Below are positions 62,204 to 64,000 of a DNA stretch of 64,000 bases, in pieces; the first letter of the stretch is position 1, and each line of letters begins with the position of its first letter. The stretch covers positions 512,001 to 576,000 of the forward strand of contig CAWCNS010000004.1 of the NCBI GenBank assembly GCA_963796965.1. The letters run 5' to 3'. The position numbers and the translations under genes were made by a program. Origin of the DNA: Calditrichia bacterium (GTDB taxonomy: Bacteria > Calditrichota > Calditrichia > JAJRVZ01). The notes below the pieces were generated by a model. The model did not search any database. It saw nothing but the letters and a program-made list of their open reading frames with translations, and had not been told where the DNA came from.

Positions 62204-63382
62204 ATGATCAGAAAACTAAGTACCCTGATTATCTTCCTTTTTTCCGTCTCGATCTATGCCCAACCCAATTTCCATGATGAATCCATATTTCCTATACAGG
62301 ATAAACATGTCCATTCCAGTAGTATTGTGGAAAGTGCCAATGGTGATCTGCTGGTTTGTTGGTTCCATGGTTCCGGCGAGCGATGGGCTGATGATGTGGT
62401 GGTTCAGGGATCGCGGCTGAAAAGTGGTGGCAAAAAATGGGAAGATGTTTTCATTATGGCTGATACACCGGGATTTCCTGACTGCAACCCGGTTTTGCAT
62501 ATCGATAAAGATAACCGTCTCTGGCTTTTCTGGTTGGTTGTCCAGGCCCATCGCTGGGAGCAGGGTCTTTTAAAATATCGAATTTCGAAAGACTATAATA
62601 AAAGTGGTGCCCCGGTCTGGTCGTGGCAGGATGTCATTAATCTAAAGCCCGGTGAAGAATTTGCCAAGGCCATAAAAGAAGGATTTGAAAAAAATGCAGA
62701 AGAAGCACTTTGGGCTGAATATGCGCCGACCTACACAGATTTAATCATCGAGGCAGCCAAGGATCCGGCCAAACGGCAAATTGGTTGGATGCCACGGATC
62801 CATCCTTTCGTCTTGGAGAGCGGCCGGATTTTATTGCCCATATATTCTGATGGATTTTGTCTGGGTATGGTGGCGATTAGTGATGACGATGGTAAAACCT
62901 GGCGGGCCAGTCTACCGATGGTAGGACCAGGTCTTAATCAGCCCTCCATTGTGCAAAAGAAAGATGGGACCTTGCTGGCCTATATGCGTGATGAAGGGCC
63001 TTCACCGGGAAAGGTGCTTTTAAGTACTTCAATCGATAACGGTGAGACATGGGCCTATGCCCAGGTAACCGATATACCCAATCCCAGTTCAAGCCTGGAG
63101 GTATTAAAATTAAAAGATGGCAATTGGGCGATGGTTTATAATGATATTGGTGAAGGCAGATACAGTTTAGCCGTCGCATTATCTGATGACGAAGGTAATT
63201 CCTGGAACTGGAAACGCCACCTGGCCCTCGATCCCAACAAGAAACTTTCTTTTAGCTATCCATCATTGATCCAAACCAAAGATGGCATGATCCATGTTAC
63301 CTATTCGTATCACGACGGTGAACAGAAGACCATTAAACATGCGGTGTTTAATGTCGATTGGGTGAAAGATACGAAAAGATAA
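62204..63382 (+). CDS. BNR/Asp-box sialidase-like (GH33-like) protein
   Basis: HSSSIVE, WFHGSGE, Asp-boxes SDDDGKTW, SIDNGETW, SDDEGNSW; QPSIV, SYPSLIQ. Confidence 0.82.
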   Translation: MIRKLSTLIIFLFSVSIYAQPNFHDESIFPIQDKHVHSSSIVESANGDLLVCWFHGSGERWADDVVVQGSRLKSGGKKWEDVFIMADTPGFPDCNPVLHIDKDNRLWLFWLVVQAHRWEQGLLKYRISKDYNKSGAPVWSWQDVINLKPGEEFAKAIKEGFEKNAEEALWAEYAPTYTDLIIEAAKDPAKRQIGWMPRIHPFVLESGRILLPIYSDGFCLGMVAISDDDGKTWRASLPMVGPGLNQPSIVQKKDGTLLAYMRDEGPSPGKVLLSTSIDNGETWAYAQVTDIPNPSSSLEVLKLKDGNWAMVYNDIGEGRYSLAVALSDDEGNSWNWKRHLALDPNKKLSFSYPSLIQTKDGMIHVTYSYHDGEQKTIKHAVFNVDWVKDTKR

Positions 63383-63548
63383 ACACAAAGAGCACAAAGC
63401 ACGCACAAAGTTCACGAAGGATTTTTTTAGTTTTGACTTTGTATAAATCTGTTCATATAGAAAAAGAAACTTAGGTTTGGCAATTTAAACAAAAATAATA
63501 TTTTCCTTGGTGTTCTTTGAGGGTACTTTGTGTCCTTTGTGTTTAAAA
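63380..63548. repeat. Intergenic inverted-arm element, CACAAAG units (best-preserved copy)
   Basis: 42-nt arms 63380-63421 and 63504-63545 match at 34/42 as inverted repeats; four heptamers per arm spaced 9/11/9 nt. Confidence 0.85.
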
Positions 63549-63590
63549 GCAGTTAAACATTAACTACATCATATTGTTTTTGGAGTAATA

Positions 63591-64000
63591 ATGATGAAAA
63601 TATTTTTTTCCCTCTTACTCATTCCAATTATTCTCTTAAGCGGATGTACCACGAATGAAGTACCAAAGCCGAAGACTCTCCTCTTTAGTCCGATCACGCC
63701 GGAATATCTACAGGCAACTGCAACCGACTGGAAAACCACCGGATTTGATGGATTTCTGCTCTCCGGTATCATGAGCAACTGGGCCGATGATATCTGGTCA
63801 ACTGATGGGGACAGCACAACCCGTGGAACCGACGACCTGACTTTTCAAAGGATAAAAGCCTGCAACAATGTCTGTCGGGAAGCGGGTATCGAAGACAACT
63901 TTATCAAGATCGCTTTTTATTCGCATGTGCCACTCTGGACAGATGAAGAGGCCTGGAAACCCATACACCAGAATTTTTATGAAGCTGCCCGTTTTGCACG
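63591..64000 (+). CDS. Hypothetical lipoprotein, 3' truncated (absent from the ORF track)
   Basis: MMKIFFSLLLIPIILLSGC lipobox; the frame stays open to the window end (..GFDGFLL..WTDEEAW..NFYEAARFA); GGAG SD. Confidence 0.75.
   Translation, partial: MMKIFFSLLLIPIILLSGCTTNEVPKPKTLLFSPITPEYLQATATDWKTTGFDGFLLSGIMSNWADDIWSTDGDSTTRGTDDLTFQRIKACNNVCREAGIEDNFIKIAFYSHVPLWTDEEAWKPIHQNFYEAARFA

Noticed and set aside
52319..63548. Heptamer arrays as a CRISPR array
   Set aside because: Units are 7 nt with 1-4 nt gaps, there are no unique 30-40 nt spacers, and no cas genes are present
256..63817. Numerous 60-160 aa ORFs overlapping the long genes on either strand
   Set aside because: They are shadow ORFs inside well-supported CDSs, with no recognisable motifs
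1..64000. Autonomous mobile element, integron integrase, rRNA, tRNA or riboswitch
   Set aside because: No transposase, recombinase or reverse-transcriptase motifs in any ORF and no structured-RNA signature recognised by eye; an Infernal/Rfam scan would be needed to exclude small RNAs

Overview
Bacterial DNA with about 33 protein-coding genes (32 on the + strand) once frameshifted ORF pairs are rejoined. Shine-Dalgarno motifs precede many starts. The window opens with an RmlD-like reductase fragment, a DegT-family aminotransferase, a purple-acid-phosphatase-like lipoprotein and a MacB/LolD-type ABC module next to a large PQQ-like beta-propeller protein. The rest is about 53 kb of mostly exported or lipoprotein carbohydrate-processing genes: a sulfatase, a Tat Gfo/Idh/MocA oxidoreductase, two GH29, GH92, two GH78, a BNR sialidase-like protein, an esterase, a C45/Ntn hydrolase and many uncharacterised GH-like proteins, often in paralog pairs. 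I saw no SusC/D, sugar importer or regulator. Nine genes are broken by small indels, mostly +1 insertions, most likely sequencing error. Many intergenic gaps carry degenerate repeats: inverted arms built of 7-nt units (CACAAAG/CGCAAAG/CGCAGAG/CACGAAT), GTCAT..ATGAC palindromes and TCCCG..CGGGA hairpins, sometimes nested. No rRNA, tRNA, CRISPR array, transposase or integrase was recognised. All family calls are motif recognition by eye, not database searches.
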